This document shows positions 1 through 47,781 of a DNA stretch of 64,000 bases, piece by piece (positions within the stretch are counted from its first letter, which is position 1; the number at the start of each line of letters is the position of its first letter). Source of the stretch: the human T2T-CHM13v2.0 reference genome, Homo sapiens; the NCBI RefSeq assembly GCF_009914755.1, contig NC_060929.1; one strand, 5' to 3'. The translations under genes and the position numbers were made by a program. A model generated the notes under the pieces. It was not told the origin of the DNA, made no database searches, and saw only the letters and a program-made list of their open reading frames with translations.

Positions 1-349
1 AGTAGTTTTAGACAAAACGTAGTTTTAGACAAATCAAGACAATTTTATTTATGGCACATGAAATTTCATAGTCTTGTGCATAACACTTTACAATGAGAAC
101 TTTTGTTAACCAGGACACACTATTTTCTATGTTAATTCTTCTGACACATAGATTTATGTTTCCCTCCTAGACTTTCTTGCAAAAATGCCTGTTTGGGATT
201 CCTCAGAGTACAGACAAAAAGGAAGGCTTGATCAGCATGTGGTGGATCTGAAGATTCAAAGAGGTGCCACAGCTCAAAAGTAGACATTTTGGCAAATGTG
301 AAGAAGTGAGATTCAATGAAGATGATAAGAAATGAAAGGTGTTACCAAA

Positions 350-860
350 AGTGAGTATGTATAGCTGTGCTTGTCACACAAAGTAGGCTTTAAGTCAAAA
401 AAGCACAAAAATAGAAAATAAAGGTCATTATAAAACGATAAAGAGATCAATTCAGCAAGAAGGTAGGACAGTTGTCAATGTAAACACCCTGACACAGGAG
501 CCCCAGTTATTAAAGTAAGAGTTATTCGAGCAACAGACAGAGACAGACAATAATAGCTGGGGACTCCAACACCCACTTTCAGCAACAGACACACCCTCTA
601 GGCAGAAAAGTAACAAAGACCAGACTGACTCCAAGAGAAGTCAAAGGGACCTCACAGGTAATTACAGAACATTTCACCCACCAACTGCAGAATGTGCATT
701 CTTCTCATCAGCTCACAGAACATTCTCCAGGATAGACCACATTTTAGGCCACAAAACAAATCTCAAAAAAGCATTTAAAAAATGAAAATCATAGCAAGTA
801 TCTTCTCAGACCAAAGAGAAACGTTGGAAACTCTCCAGGTACATGGTATATAAATAATGG
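350..860 (+). mobile_element. Old L1 (L1M) ORF2 endonuclease-region fragment
   Basis: Degenerate similarity to L1 ORF2, e.g. cattctccaggatagaccac, tcttctcagacca. Confidence 0.75.
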
Positions 861-1039
861 TAATGGTCAGTGAAAAAATCAAAAGGACAAAAACATTTCT
901 TGGAAAAAAAAGGAAACGAGAGAAAAAATGCATATAGTAGGTGTTTTTGAAGTAAAAAATGCAGAACAATAAAATTCAAAGATACAATGAAAGAAACATT
1001 TTCTGAACTAAAAATTGATTTGAATATGTTTTCTTTCAT

Positions 1040-1745
<706 letters not shown>

Positions 1746-1758
1746 CTCTCTTTTTCAT

Positions 1759-2122
<364 letters not shown>

Positions 2123-2276
2123 TCATTTTATGTATGTTTATCATATAAGTCTGATCTTTTTTTAGTGTCTTGAATGGTTTTCTGGAAAGACGGTATTGGC
2201 AAGTGGCACAGGATGGTATCCCAGTTGTAAGAGGGTTGCATGATTCCTTTGTCTTTGATTTGAAAAGCCTAGTCTT

Positions 2277-2615
<339 letters not shown>

Positions 2616-2817
2616 TCAAGAGCATCTCACACCCAGGACATTTTCTAGTACTGCATTCTGTTCAACACGGTAACTGCTTCACTGCGTAAAAAACACTTTG
2701 AAGACAAAAAGGAATCTTTTTTTTTTTTTTTTTTGTAGTCTTCCTGATATTTACAGTAATACTATTAACTATTTATTGACAGGAAAAACGAGATATTTGC
2801 AATGTGATGTAATTAGG

Positions 2818-3422
<605 letters not shown>

Positions 3423-3575
3423 TGAAATTAGATGTTTTTTAGTGTAACAAGGAATTGCCTTCCAAAATGAAGTTCATGTATTATGCTCATTTGCAATATA
3501 TAATTAACTGTGCAAAATGATTTTTAAATATAGTCAATAACAAAGATTGTTCTGTATATGGTAGTGTTTAATACC

Positions 3576-3872
<297 letters not shown>

Positions 3873-4068
3873 AATACATTTTTTAAAATCTTGTATATTG
3901 ATTTCAGGCCTGTTTTCTTAACAGTAGCAGCTATTTCACCTAATTCTGAGCAGTGTTTTGTTCTCTGGGCCAGTAGGATTTTATGCATGCTTTTTGTGAT
4001 CCGTGTTCAAAATCTGGATTGCCAACATTGCAGCTCCAATGTAAGCTTGTTATTCAAATAAATATTTA

Positions 4069-4449
<381 letters not shown>

Positions 4450-5449
4450 TCAAAGAAAGATTCCTAAGGAGGGTACATCTGAGAAAAGAAAAAGTTCTGT
4501 TCAAATAAATATTTTTCTGAGAGTTTTCCATAGCAATGTTTAATGCTAGAAAAAATGGAATAATATGACACATATGTGTGTATACTGTACATATAACTAA
4601 AGACATATACAATGGTCTGAAATTATAATGCACAAAGCCAATAGCATTAGTTACTTCTGAAGACTGTACTGGAATTGAAAAGAAGACATTGGTCTTGTGT
4701 AAAATTTTAATTTTTTAAACGGAATATGAAACAATGTTAATAATAACCACCACAACAATAAGAATAATGCTGAAGCAACCTCTTCCAAGTTATCAGGACA
4801 AGACCATGTGATCCAAACAGGTATGTTCAAGTTGTTTTTTAAGTAGAAGGAAGCAAACCTCATTTTCAAATATACAAGGATAGACCCATCTCATGAAATA
4901 ATTTTGATAAGCAAGAAATGACTGGAGAAGCCATGACTTTTAAAAAATTGATAGCAGCCAATCCATTATAAAATTGTTAGACGATTATAAAAATGGTTAT
5001 AGAATTACATGCTGTAATTCCTCAAGGAGGAATATGGTGGGTGAGTTCTTATATATGTAACATTGATAAATGTGAATGATGTCTTACAATTTAAATTATG
5101 CCAAAAGAAGTAATGTGTTTTTGATGGTGTTATCAGATTAGATTCTTCCAGAAAAGTTGAAGGATCTTTAGGAAAGATTTGAACATTAAACAAACCAGAG
5201 AATAAGGTAATAGATAGCCATTGTAGGTTCCTGGATGGTATGGCAGATTATATTACTCTCAAGAAGCATTTGTTCCCTCCCCAACCCCAACGCCGCCTGC
5301 ATGTACTACCCCATTTCATTAATGTTGGACTTGACCAGGTGACTTTCTTTGCTCAATGTAGCATTAGCAGACTTGGTTCTGCCATTACTGTTACAAGAAT
5401 AACGGAAAGCTGACCATTCTTCTTCTTTAGTTTCAAAAGTAAAAATAAA

Positions 5450-5650
5450 ATGACTGTTAAGAGACAGAATACAAGCCACAGACTAGGAGAAAATATTTGC
5501 AAAACACATGTCTGATAAAGGGCTTATATCTAAACTAGACAGAAAATTCTTAACAATTAAAAAAACAATTTAAAAGTGAGAAAAAGATCTGAAGAGACAT
5601 CTGAACAAAGAAAATACACAAGAGACAAATCAGCAAATAAAAAGATTCTC
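5450..5650 (+). mobile_element. Old L1M fragment
   Basis: gagaaaatatttgcaaaacacatgtctgataaaggg resembles the L1 ORF2 3' region. Confidence 0.7.
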
Positions 5651-5953
<303 letters not shown>

Positions 5954-6699
5954 TTACAGTAAATACGAAATCTCATTTCTGAGGGGCCCCCCCCACCTCC
6001 AGTTAGGTGATCCATTTGGTATGGTTGGGAGATGTGACACTCAAGGCTGGTATACCACGTGGTTACTGATTGAGAAATGTACATCACTGGGAAGAATGGA
6101 TGGACTGCATGTTCTCTATGCAGCTATCAGTACACCTCTCTCTAAGCTGGCTTTTGAAAAATATGGCTGTGGGTTTGAGGTGATAACACTACCCCCTCTC
6201 CAGCAGCTCCTGTGTCGTGGTGCACGTATCAGGTGGTCTTTGTAGCCAGTGAAGATAGAATCCGGATTGGAATGTATGTTAAACAAAGGCTGAATCAGGA
6301 CATGTGCCAAGCTGAAAGACTTTTCCAGTTCTGTACAACTGAGCCTCAACAGTGTGTTATGACAAAATTGTTCTCCAAACATTAATTTGTGGTCCGCTCC
6401 CATACACAAACAATACCAAATAATGGACTATGTGTCCATCTTGTCCATCTTTGACACTGTGCTCTACCAAGAGAGACACCTCCCAAAGCCAGAAAATGTT
6501 TATTAAACAAAATCAATGAAATGTCTGAGCACAGTCCAGGTGGCAGAGGTTTACTTCTTGAATAAATGACTTCATCTTTTAACACCATTTCACACTGAAG
6601 TCCAAATGGCCTCACAAATATTTCCTGGATCCTAACAAAGAAAATAATCTCAGTTGAAGATCCTGTATTCAATTATTTTGGCAACTGTTTCTTACGTGT

Positions 6700-7017
<318 letters not shown>

Positions 7018-8239
7018 CATCTTACATATTTTCTTTGTCTAAATGACTGAGCTGGGTGCTGAGGAGATGATGTTGGCCAGGATGGTCTCTATCTCCTGAC
7101 CTCATGATCTGCCTGCCTTGGCCTCCCAAAATGCTGAGATTACAGGCGTGAGCCACTTTGCCCAGCCAAGATTGAAATCTTGATGAAAAAAAGCAGTTTG
7201 GAAACTTACCTGTTTTTTATTCAAAGCCCGTCCTCTCCTTCCTGTTCATGAATGGCAGGCATCCTGTGGTGACTGAAGAAGGGCCTAGCAGCAAAGGGAC
7301 TCCATCGCCCGAGGAGCAGCTTCCGCAGGAGCTCCGGCAGGTTCCTTGGAAAACGTGGCAGTGCCGGCCCATGGTGCCCTGTTCAGAAATACAAGACTCA
7401 GATTTAGTAAAGCCAGTTGTGTAATGTGAAATTCGTTTAAAAAATCCTTAACCAAAACATTTCATAAGACCGATGTATTCTATCAACAGTATTTTACTGT
7501 ATGTTCATACTTAACGGCATTAAGAATCACCGTGATGGGCTGGTGACATGCATCTGGTTCATCAATGTTAGTGGCAAAGCTTCCAGCATCTACAACTCTA
7601 GTCACCAAAATCAAGAATGTCTTTCTCTTCTCTTTTTACCTAATTACAAAAAAGGGATTGATTTATGAAAAGCAATATATTAACAAATAGCACAACTTAT
7701 GTTCATATCATTGCCACTTCTAGCCACAAATTAGGAGTCAGGATTAAGGAAAACTTACCTAAGTTTTCCCAGGCTATTTTAAAATTGCTTTTTTTCTACA
7801 AAAATAAGTGTTAAATTCTTCTTTTGAGGTAGTCTCAATTAAGTTGATGCTAATTGGAAAAGACTATTAGATCTTAAGCTGAACTGACAATTTTATAAAA
7901 TAAATAGACTTCCTTTTCTACTATTAGAATGTTCTAATAATGAGTTCTATTATTATAGTAATACTTCTGAATTCCCTTTTAAAATATTGTTACTATCTTG
8001 GCATTTTTCAGACTTAACCTGAAAATGTTTTAAATATCAAAATAGACATATCCGAAGTTTACAACAAGGGTGTACAATCATGATGGGCACACTTCCTCAA
8101 ACATGGGGGACCAACCCAACTCAGACCCATCACACCCTCAGCGTGTGGAAATGTTAAACTATACAGGAACCATGGCTGGAGACAAAAATCTGTAGGTGTC
8201 CCTGACATAAAATGCCATAGTACTTGCCTGCAGCCTGGA

Positions 8240-8466
8240 CACACCCTCCAATATCCTTCAAATCATCTCTAGATTACCCACAATACCTAATACAATGGAA
8301 ATGCAACGTAAATGGTTGTTATACTTTATTGCATAAAGAATGACAAGAAAAAAAGCTTGTACATATTCAGTACAGATGCAACCATCCTTTTTTTTCTGGA
8401 ATATTTTTGATCTGAGGTTGGTAGAAAGCAAGGATGCAGGACCCACAGATAAAGAGGGCTGACTGT
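8240..8466. mobile_element. MER2-like Tigger DNA transposon fragment
   Basis: aaatcatctctagattac...gagggctgactgta terminal motif. Confidence 0.7.
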
Positions 8467-9159
8467 ATTTAACACACACACACATTTTCTTTTGCCTGAG
8501 TAAAAAACAAAATTGTACTTGTAACACAGCTAAAGGATGTCGACAAAACTGTTCTTCCCAACCTCAAATTGATAGAGACGACCTTCAAAGTCCACATAGA
8601 ACCTCTTATTGCCTTTTGTATTTTTAGTAGAGACAGGGTTTCACCATGTTGGCCAGGCTGGTCTCAAACTCCTGACCTTGTGATCCGTCTGCCTCAGCCT
8701 CCCAAAGTGCTGAGATTACAGGCGTGAGCCACTGCACCCGGCCATCTCTATTTCTTATACACAATAATATTATAACAAGAAAGATGTAAATTTGCTTAAT
8801 ATGCAGCTTCTGTTTCTGAGTTCTGTAGCTGTCACTCAATAAGATAAGAAAGCTACTGATCTCACCAAATCAAGGACACAATACTGTTCCCTCAGGTAGC
8901 ACAAATTGCATGGGCTCAAAATATGGGAAAGACAATATTTTATGAAATGGTGTATTTTAAGGCTGACCTACAGATAGGAATTTTTTTTCCAATCCAAGCA
9001 ATAAAGCTTTGATGTGGAGGTTCACTCCACATCCTGTCCTGATCCTCAGCTGCCAGAGGCCAGCCTGTACTTGCCTTCACACTGCGTCTTCCTTCATGGC
9101 TTCAGGCTAAGATTGCTGGGAGCCTCCTATAAATGTGGTCATCTTATGGATTAAACACT

Positions 9160-9744
<585 letters not shown>

Positions 9745-10265
9745 AGATTAAATACTTCTTTAGGAGATGGACTAGAAATGGGTCATCAGAAATTGTTTTT
9801 ACTTACATATGAAGAATTCCAATCTTCAAAAGAATTTTAGAACTCAATCAGAACTTGAGAACTTCTTTCAGTAGGTGCTGTGATTCAATAACCAGAATTC
9901 TGCTTTACTTTATAGTTACACAAGTATTTCTGTCATTTTCCTACTAAATTACATGAAGGGGGTTGTCTGCTTATGAGCTGCACCACCGAGCAGCATGCCT
10001 ATCAGCGAGAAGGTGCCTGACAATTCTCAGTTGAAATGTCCTGACCAAGTTCCCCCAGAAATTTGTGAGTATTCAACTGTATTAAAACTAAATATATTGT
10101 TTTTAATGACAAATAGTCACTATTTAGTAAAATGATTACTGTGCTATAATAGAACAAGTCCTTAGCCCAAAATTAAATGGCCACAGATTGACATATGCAT
10201 AAAGCTTATCAACTATCACATAACACATTTTAACAAAAATCAAGAGGACTAATAGATGATCTCTT

Positions 10266-10423
10266 CTTTTTCTTTTGTGAGACAGGGTCTTGCTCTGTCA
10301 CCCAGGCTGGAGTACAGTGGCACAATCATGGTTCACTGCAGCCTCCACCTCCTGGGTCCAAATGATCCTCCAACCTCAGCCTCCCAGGTAGCTGAGGCCA
10401 CAGTAGCATGCCACCATTCCCGC

Positions 10424-10468
<45 letters not shown>

Positions 10469-10543
10469 TCTGGTCTCAAACTTCTGGGCTCAAGCAATTC
10501 TCCCTCTTTGGCCTCCCAAAATGCTAGGATTACAGGCATGAGC
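10266..10543 (-). mobile_element. AluJ with internal (TG)n at ~10428-10464
   Basis: Reverse Alu whose middle A-rich linker is replaced by a microsatellite. Confidence 0.88.
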
Positions 10544-10859
10544 TAAATCGTACCAAAGAAATTATATTTTAAAAGTAAAGTCAAAGGTAGAATTTAAGAA
10601 CAAAGGAATTCTATTTCTATACTTACTAGTCCCAGGTAGACAAACAACACAGCCTTCCTCAGCCTCTACCCGAGTCATTTCAGACGAGTGTGAGCCATGA
10701 GAAATCAGAGCTGTTATTTTCGGGTTGAAACTGACACTTTAGGCTACTGTTTTCATTTGCCTGTTGAAAGAATAACTTAGCTGTATTAATCATTTAAATT
10801 AAAATTAAACATTTTGAAGGGAAAACATGGGGAGTAGACAACATCTACCTTACTCAAGG

Positions 10860-11750
10860 AGGCAGGTAATCAATGTAAAAGGAATGAGAAAAATCACCAT
10901 TGGAACCACGGGTGTAATCAATGTTTCCAAGAGGCTTCGGCAATGATGCTGAAACCAGCTCGTGAAGGTTGCCAGGGACTAAGATGTTCACAGTGCTTTG
11001 ATGTCTCATCCCACAGATGACTAATAACAAAAGGGAAAAGCTACCCTCACAAGGAGATGTCCAGTTGACACTATCTCAACCAAAATTATTAAACATAGCA
11101 TCAGCAATCGTGGGACAAACAGACGCAAACATCTCCTGGTGTGAGGCGGTAAGTACACAACACTGCCTAATCTGAATTAGGCATTATTCCCTGTTTAATC
11201 TGGATCCACTCATGAGAACACTGTTTAATCTGTATTCTTGCCAAAATGCTCAATCTATTCTAGTCAGGAGAAGAAAAAAGCAACCAGATATATCTAGATT
11301 ATGGGTCACTCTACAAAACAAAGAGCCTAGATTTTTCAAAATGTTTCATGTATTGAAAGAACTACTCCAAAGTAAAAGAATAGAGAGACGTGACAACCAA
11401 AGGCAAGGTTAATCTTTGATTAAACTGTGGATCTAAAACAAAAATAAAGAACATTTTGGAGACAATTAGGTAAATCTGAATATGGGCTGTACATCAAATT
11501 ACTGTATTATAGTTAGATGGTAGAACTGTAATTACATAGAAATATGTCATTATTCACAAGAGATAAACGCTGAAGTGTTGGGGTAAAACATCATGCTCTT
11601 TTCAACTTACTTTCAAATGATTCAGAGAAGAAAGTACTTATGGAAAGAGAAAGAAACTGCAAAAGGTGGCAAATGCTAGCCACTGGTTGATCTGAATGAA
11701 GAATATGTAGATGTCCATTGTTTTGCCTTTTAATTTTCTGTAGGCAAGGG
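10860..11750 (+). mobile_element. Old L1MC-type 3' fragment
   Basis: Degenerate similarity to L1MC 3'UTR. Confidence 0.55.
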
Positions 11751-12071
11751 AAAGATAGGAAGGAGGGAAGGTGCAGGCATTTCTTATCAATTCATACCTG
11801 TAAAAAACAGAGTTAAAAGAAAACCAAAGGCTTAAAATTCATGTAAACATCCAGTGAGATCAACAGTGATTTTCTGTCAAATTTCTGAAAAGCCATTAAG
11901 ACTGTAACATACCTGACTAGGATCACCTGTAGGTAACTTAAAGTACTTTTTCTGGAGGTTCCAGTCCTTCTACTTCGTATGCTTTATTCCATCATTCCTG
12001 GAATTGCCAGTTGTTCGAAATAAACCTCTAAATGATCATCGTAAGACATTTCATCATCAATATCATCCTTT

Positions 12072-12678
<607 letters not shown>

Positions 12679-13017
12679 TAACTTCAGTCAATTATAAGTT
12701 ATTATAAAAAAATATTTAACCTCTTTGAGAGGACAGGACAGAAAGATCCTGACACGTTATCAAAGCTTAGGGTAGGATAAATGTGCCATCACAAATGAAT
12801 GGGGAAGAGAGCAGGCACTTCAGAAAATGGTGTGGCAAATGGTTACCTCTATCAAAAAAGTACAGACGAGCCTATCCTAAGAGAAGTAAAAGGAAGAAAG
12901 GGAGGAGAGAGAGAGAAAGAGAGAAAAAGGGAGGGAGGACACTGCAGAAGGCTTCAATGTTGTAACACCCAGCTCGGCAAGGATAAGATAAACCAAGAGC
13001 TCTCAGTCATGGTCTAA

Positions 13018-13333
<316 letters not shown>

Positions 13334-14950
13334 TACCTTTTTAGAGGTTAATTTTGCAATTAACATTAAGAGTCTCAAAAACACTCATCACCTTTGACTT
13401 AGCCATTTCACCTCCAATAATCTAGCATACTAAAACACTCTAAGATCAGATACATTTAGGTCAATAATTCTTTATCCACCAATTACACAATCCAAAAAAA
13501 TTTTAAAAACTCTTGGCAGCACAAGCTGTCCTCAATAAATGTGATACTATTTGTAGTTTCTATTTATACCACTCAGCTGGCCTTCAAAGCCATGCATACT
13601 TTTAATGTAAGTAGCCCCAGCCTACTTCTCTGGGGTTATTTACCAACGCAGCCTCCCACAGATGCTGTAAACCTGACACAGAAAGCCCCTGGCCGTTCCC
13701 CAAACACTGCCCACATGCCTCCCAGCAGCGCCTTTGCTGATACTGTTTCTGCTTCCTGACACGCCCTCCTTCTCGCACGTCTAAGGCCTGGCACGGGCCC
13801 CATCTCTTTTCGTAAAGCTTCAGCCATACCTGCCTCAGAGGTAAATTTCTGACCCCCATGATTCCCAGGCACATTTTGGTGCTGCTGGTTGTACACAACA
13901 CAATCTGAAATGTGGTTCTGCATCTCTTCTTTGCACCTGGCTGAGGTCTCAGAGAGCAGAGGCTAAATATTTCATGGCTCCCTCAATTTCTAAACACAGT
14001 GCTGTATATTGAGTGGCACCTCTAGGTGACTACTTTGTACCCTAAATGTTAAACTGAGGGATGAGTGAAACAATATCAGGATTAATAAATAAATACATTC
14101 TTGAATTCCATCACTTAATAGAAGTGGCCATTTGAATGCTGGCAGGTAGGAAGAAAAGAGGAGGACAAAGAACCCCAAAAGTTGGCATCATAACTACTGC
14201 CACAAGAAAGGAGAATCAAGCAGATTGGTAAGGTAAAGACCAGGGACACACAGGTCACTGCAGGACTGAAGAATCTTCCAAGCTTGTCAGTAATGTAAGT
14301 TTCTCATTTTCCAATAAACTAGTGTGGCATAGGTCACTGTTTAGAGTCTTGTCTTCAAAATGTTTTCCAGCATCAAGGAAAACAATCTACAAGAAACAAA
14401 ATGGTGAGAAAAAGCAGCACACTCACGTCTCTGAAGAGCACAGCATAAGGCTACAAAAAGGACCAAGCACCTTCTCAACCTGCAATGTGCTCAGTGTCTG
14501 TAAATCACAAGTTAGGTGATGAAGGGCTGGTAGTTTCCCATGAATTAATAACTTTCCTTCTTGCCCCCGTGTTATCTCCCTCACCTGACCCCCGCCAATA
14601 AAACATCCTTAAAAGGCTCCTCTCAAATTCCTTGCAAATATTAGGCTCCTCTCAAATTGCTTGCACATGCTTGGAGAAGCTCACAGTGGTTAGTACACTC
14701 ATACACAACTGAACTTGAGCGACACAAAGCTTACAAGACAGCAAAGACAACAGCAAAGCTGGGCCCAGCAGCCATCACCTAAAGAACTCTTCACTCGTTA
14801 CATTGGAGCAGGTGATCTCTCTGGAACCAGGAACCACAGAACACTGAAGGACACGGAGCTGGTGGCTAAGGATTCAAGGCCTGCAGTGAAAATGTAACAT
14901 TTCCCTCCAAGTGCTTATTTCTGCTATAAACTGGTTTAGTTTTGCAATGA

Positions 14951-15287
<337 letters not shown>

Positions 15288-15582
15288 CATTAACATTTAT
15301 ATATGTAAAATACATACAGAATGTAAATCACCACAAAACATAAAAATACTCCATATTGATGTAACTTACCATACTATGGATTTGTTTTAAAAATGAGGTA
15401 AAAGTCATTAAGAAAATGAAAGCACAAAAGAAGTCTATCAAAATTACAAAAACTTAAAACCGAGTAAACAAAACTTCAGAAAGAATGAAAACAATTGGAA
15501 AATAACTTCAAGAAAAAAATGTAAAATGGAAACAATACAAGAACAATTTGTGCCCTCTGAAAAACAGAGGTTAAAGTCAGAA

Positions 15583-15914
<332 letters not shown>

Positions 15915-16474
15915 TAAGCAAAGATTATAAAAGTTTTTGGAGTAACACATTTCCCGAAATGATCACGATCCACATCAAGTCTGAGCCATGTTGACATCCC
16001 CACGTCGGGGCCCTTCCTGGTGGTCGAGGAATCTGCAACACAGACAGAGGTGCAAGGGTCACTAGAGAGGCACAGAGGTAGAGGGAGGAGGGGCTCCCTG
16101 GGATGGGTGTGCAGGTCTCAGAGACCTCCTTGGGCCCTGGAAGGTGACCTGGGGCCCCTGAGCTCCCCACAATCAGGTCTACTCAGATGTCAAGGCACTG
16201 AGCCCTGTGTGCTGCTCTCTGCTGAGGAGTTATCTGTCCACAGAGAGTGTGAGTGTCATGGAGGAAGAATGAACCTGGGCGCTCACACGGGCACCTTCAG
16301 GGGGCTGGTTCCCCGGAGGGTAAAACAGACACACAGAAACGGAATTTCAAGCATACCAGGATCAACAGGCAGAGTCCCATGCCCCTGGGCCCTAAGAGGA
16401 GCAGGAGGTCTCATGACACAGGGTGGGGGTGGTGACCCTGCCTTGCCACCCAGATCCTCTGTGCCATCCAGACG

Positions 16475-16618
16475 GAAGAGCTGCACGTTGAATATGCATA
16501 GCTTCCTGGAGAAGAGCTGCACGTTGAACATGCATAGCTTCCTGGAGAAGAGCTGCACGTTGAACATGCATAGCTTCCTGGAGAAGAGCTGCACGTTGAA
16601 CATGCATAGCTTCCTGGA
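16475..16618. repeat. 36-bp VNTR x4
   Basis: gaagagctgcacgttgaacatgcatagcttcctgga at 16475, 16511, 16547 and 16583; one mismatch. Confidence 0.95.
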
Positions 16619-17575
16619 GCATGTCATTGTTATTGCCTAATAAGACCTGGTCTTTCTAGCATCCCCACCGGACCTGTCTTTGCTTTGTAATTTTTAAAAT
16701 TATGCTTTGGTAAGACACAAATTTCTCATGTTTGTATATTCTAGCATAAAAGGGTTACAGAAGACATACATTTGAAAGTGAAAAACAGTGTATATGTACA
16801 CACACACACACACACATTCATATGTGTACCTTATTTCAAGATTGGAAAATATATTTAAAAAACAGAGGCTCGCTAAATCATGTCCTCAAACCCTCCCAAG
16901 TGAGCATGGCCCTGAAATGTCTTCAAGGGTTTGTTTTGTTGGCATTTGGCCCAAGCCAGTGCCCTCTACATACAGAAGCCTCCAACCTCATCTTGAAAAA
17001 GGGGGCCATGAGGCCACCCCAGGCCCCCACAGAGGCTGAAGGACCCCTGGAACTGGAGGCCCCCAGACCCCCCAGAGGCTGAAGGACTCCTGGGACTGGA
17101 CACATTTCAGTGCTTCTTGGATCCTGCCGTGTCCCCTGCTTGACACCAGGACCTACTGAGGGCCTGCTGGCCTGCAATACTGGGTCGGGTGGGCTGCTCG
17201 CTTGTGTGACAAGGAGCCTGGGGGTGCCTCCATCCCTCTCACACCTTTCCCAGGAGGCCTGAACCAGGGGGATTCATGTCAACCCTAGTGTCTCCTCAGG
17301 ATGAACTAGTGATGCTCCCTGTTGTCCTCAAGGGGCTGGGAAGACAGAGCTAGGTCCCCCCAAATGAGATGTTGGTGAGCTGAAGAGTTACTGCAGACAA
17401 CACAGTGCAAAGCCCTTGGAGTCCTGCACATGGGGGTGCGACCAGCACCTCAGTGTCTCCCTCACTAAGCAGCCTGTGGAGGGCTCAGCCCAGCAGGCTC
17501 AGGGGCTGCTATGGAGTGGGTGTCTGTTTCCTGGAGCATGTTCTCAGGGCATCCTTCACTTGCCTTCAGAGGTCT

Positions 17576-46684
<29,109 letters not shown>

Positions 46685-47598
46685 TGTGAGTCCTCTGAGA
46701 CAACTAAGCTGCATTTACTGCCAACGTTCAGTTGCCAGAATGGCAGTTAAAATGAAAGGCAAGACCTATATCATCAGATCACCTCAGCAACAGGTCACAG
46801 TAGAATTTTCGCAAGCATCCATGTCACAATATGGGGCCCAACTGCTGTGATCTAGACCAGTCCATTGTCACATCGACAAGGGGTCACTTACACTCCATGT
46901 TTCATTTCAAAAACTGAATCTCAGACACACAGTATTATTCTATGTGTATGAAACAAACATTAAAGGAGGAAAAAGATTTGCCTCTCAAATATATTTGATA
47001 GTGAAAATTTCAGGGTAAAAATAAGAAAAGCTAATACATTGAGAATAAAGGGAGATTCCAGGCTTGATGTGAAATGCCTTCCCCACCAATTTCTACTATT
47101 CCTGAGTCACCAGAGAGTCCTAGCTTCAACAATTCTAAACTAGCTCCAAATTACATTTAAAATGCATTAGTGTAACTTCAATTTTAAAGCCAATCTCTAA
47201 CAATATAATTCATAGTAATAAAAAAAGATATGATTCAGTACAACTTTCCATCACTGTTGATTCATCACAAGTTTTAAGAACTATTAAATCAAATGGGTCA
47301 TTAATGAGGCACAAAAACTGCATTAATAGGGGGTGGAGCCAAGATGGCCGAATAGAAACAGCTCCAGTCTGCAGCTCCCAGCGTGAGTGATGCAGAATAC
47401 GAAGGATTTCTGCATTTCCAACTGAGGTATCAGGTTCACCTCATTGGGGATTGTCGGACAGTGGGTGCAGGACAGTGGGTGCAGTGCACCAAGTGTGAGC
47501 CGAAGCAGGGCAAGGCATTGCCTCACCCAGGAAGTGCAAAGGGTCAGGGAATTCCCTCCCCTAGCCAAGGAAAGGGATGACAGGCTGCACCTGGAAAA

Positions 47599-47781
47599 TC
47601 AGGTCACTCCCACCCTAATACTGCGCTTTTCCAATGGTCTTAGCCAACGGCACACCAGGAGATTATATCCTGCACCTGGCTCGGAGGGTCCTATGCCCAT
47701 GGAGCCTCGCTCATTGCTAGCACAGCAGTCTGAGATCAAACTGCAAGGCTGAAGCGAGGCTGGGGTAGGGGCGCCCGCCAT
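47599..47781 (-). CDS. L1 antisense ORF0, truncated to 60 aa
   Basis: MAGAPTPASLQPCSLISDCCASNERGS...IRVGVT* matches recalled ORF0 with a premature stop. Confidence 0.7.
   Translation of the reverse strand: MAGAPTPASLQPCSLISDCCASNERGSMGIGPSEPGAGYNLLVCRWLRPLEKRSIRVGVT

Noticed and set aside
2-33. Short direct repeat gtagttttagacaaa x2 at the window edge
   Set aside because: A simple local slippage duplication with no further copies.
16020-16640. 206-aa plus-strand ORF
   Set aside because: GTG start, GC-rich sequence extended by the stop-free VNTR, and no recognisable homology.
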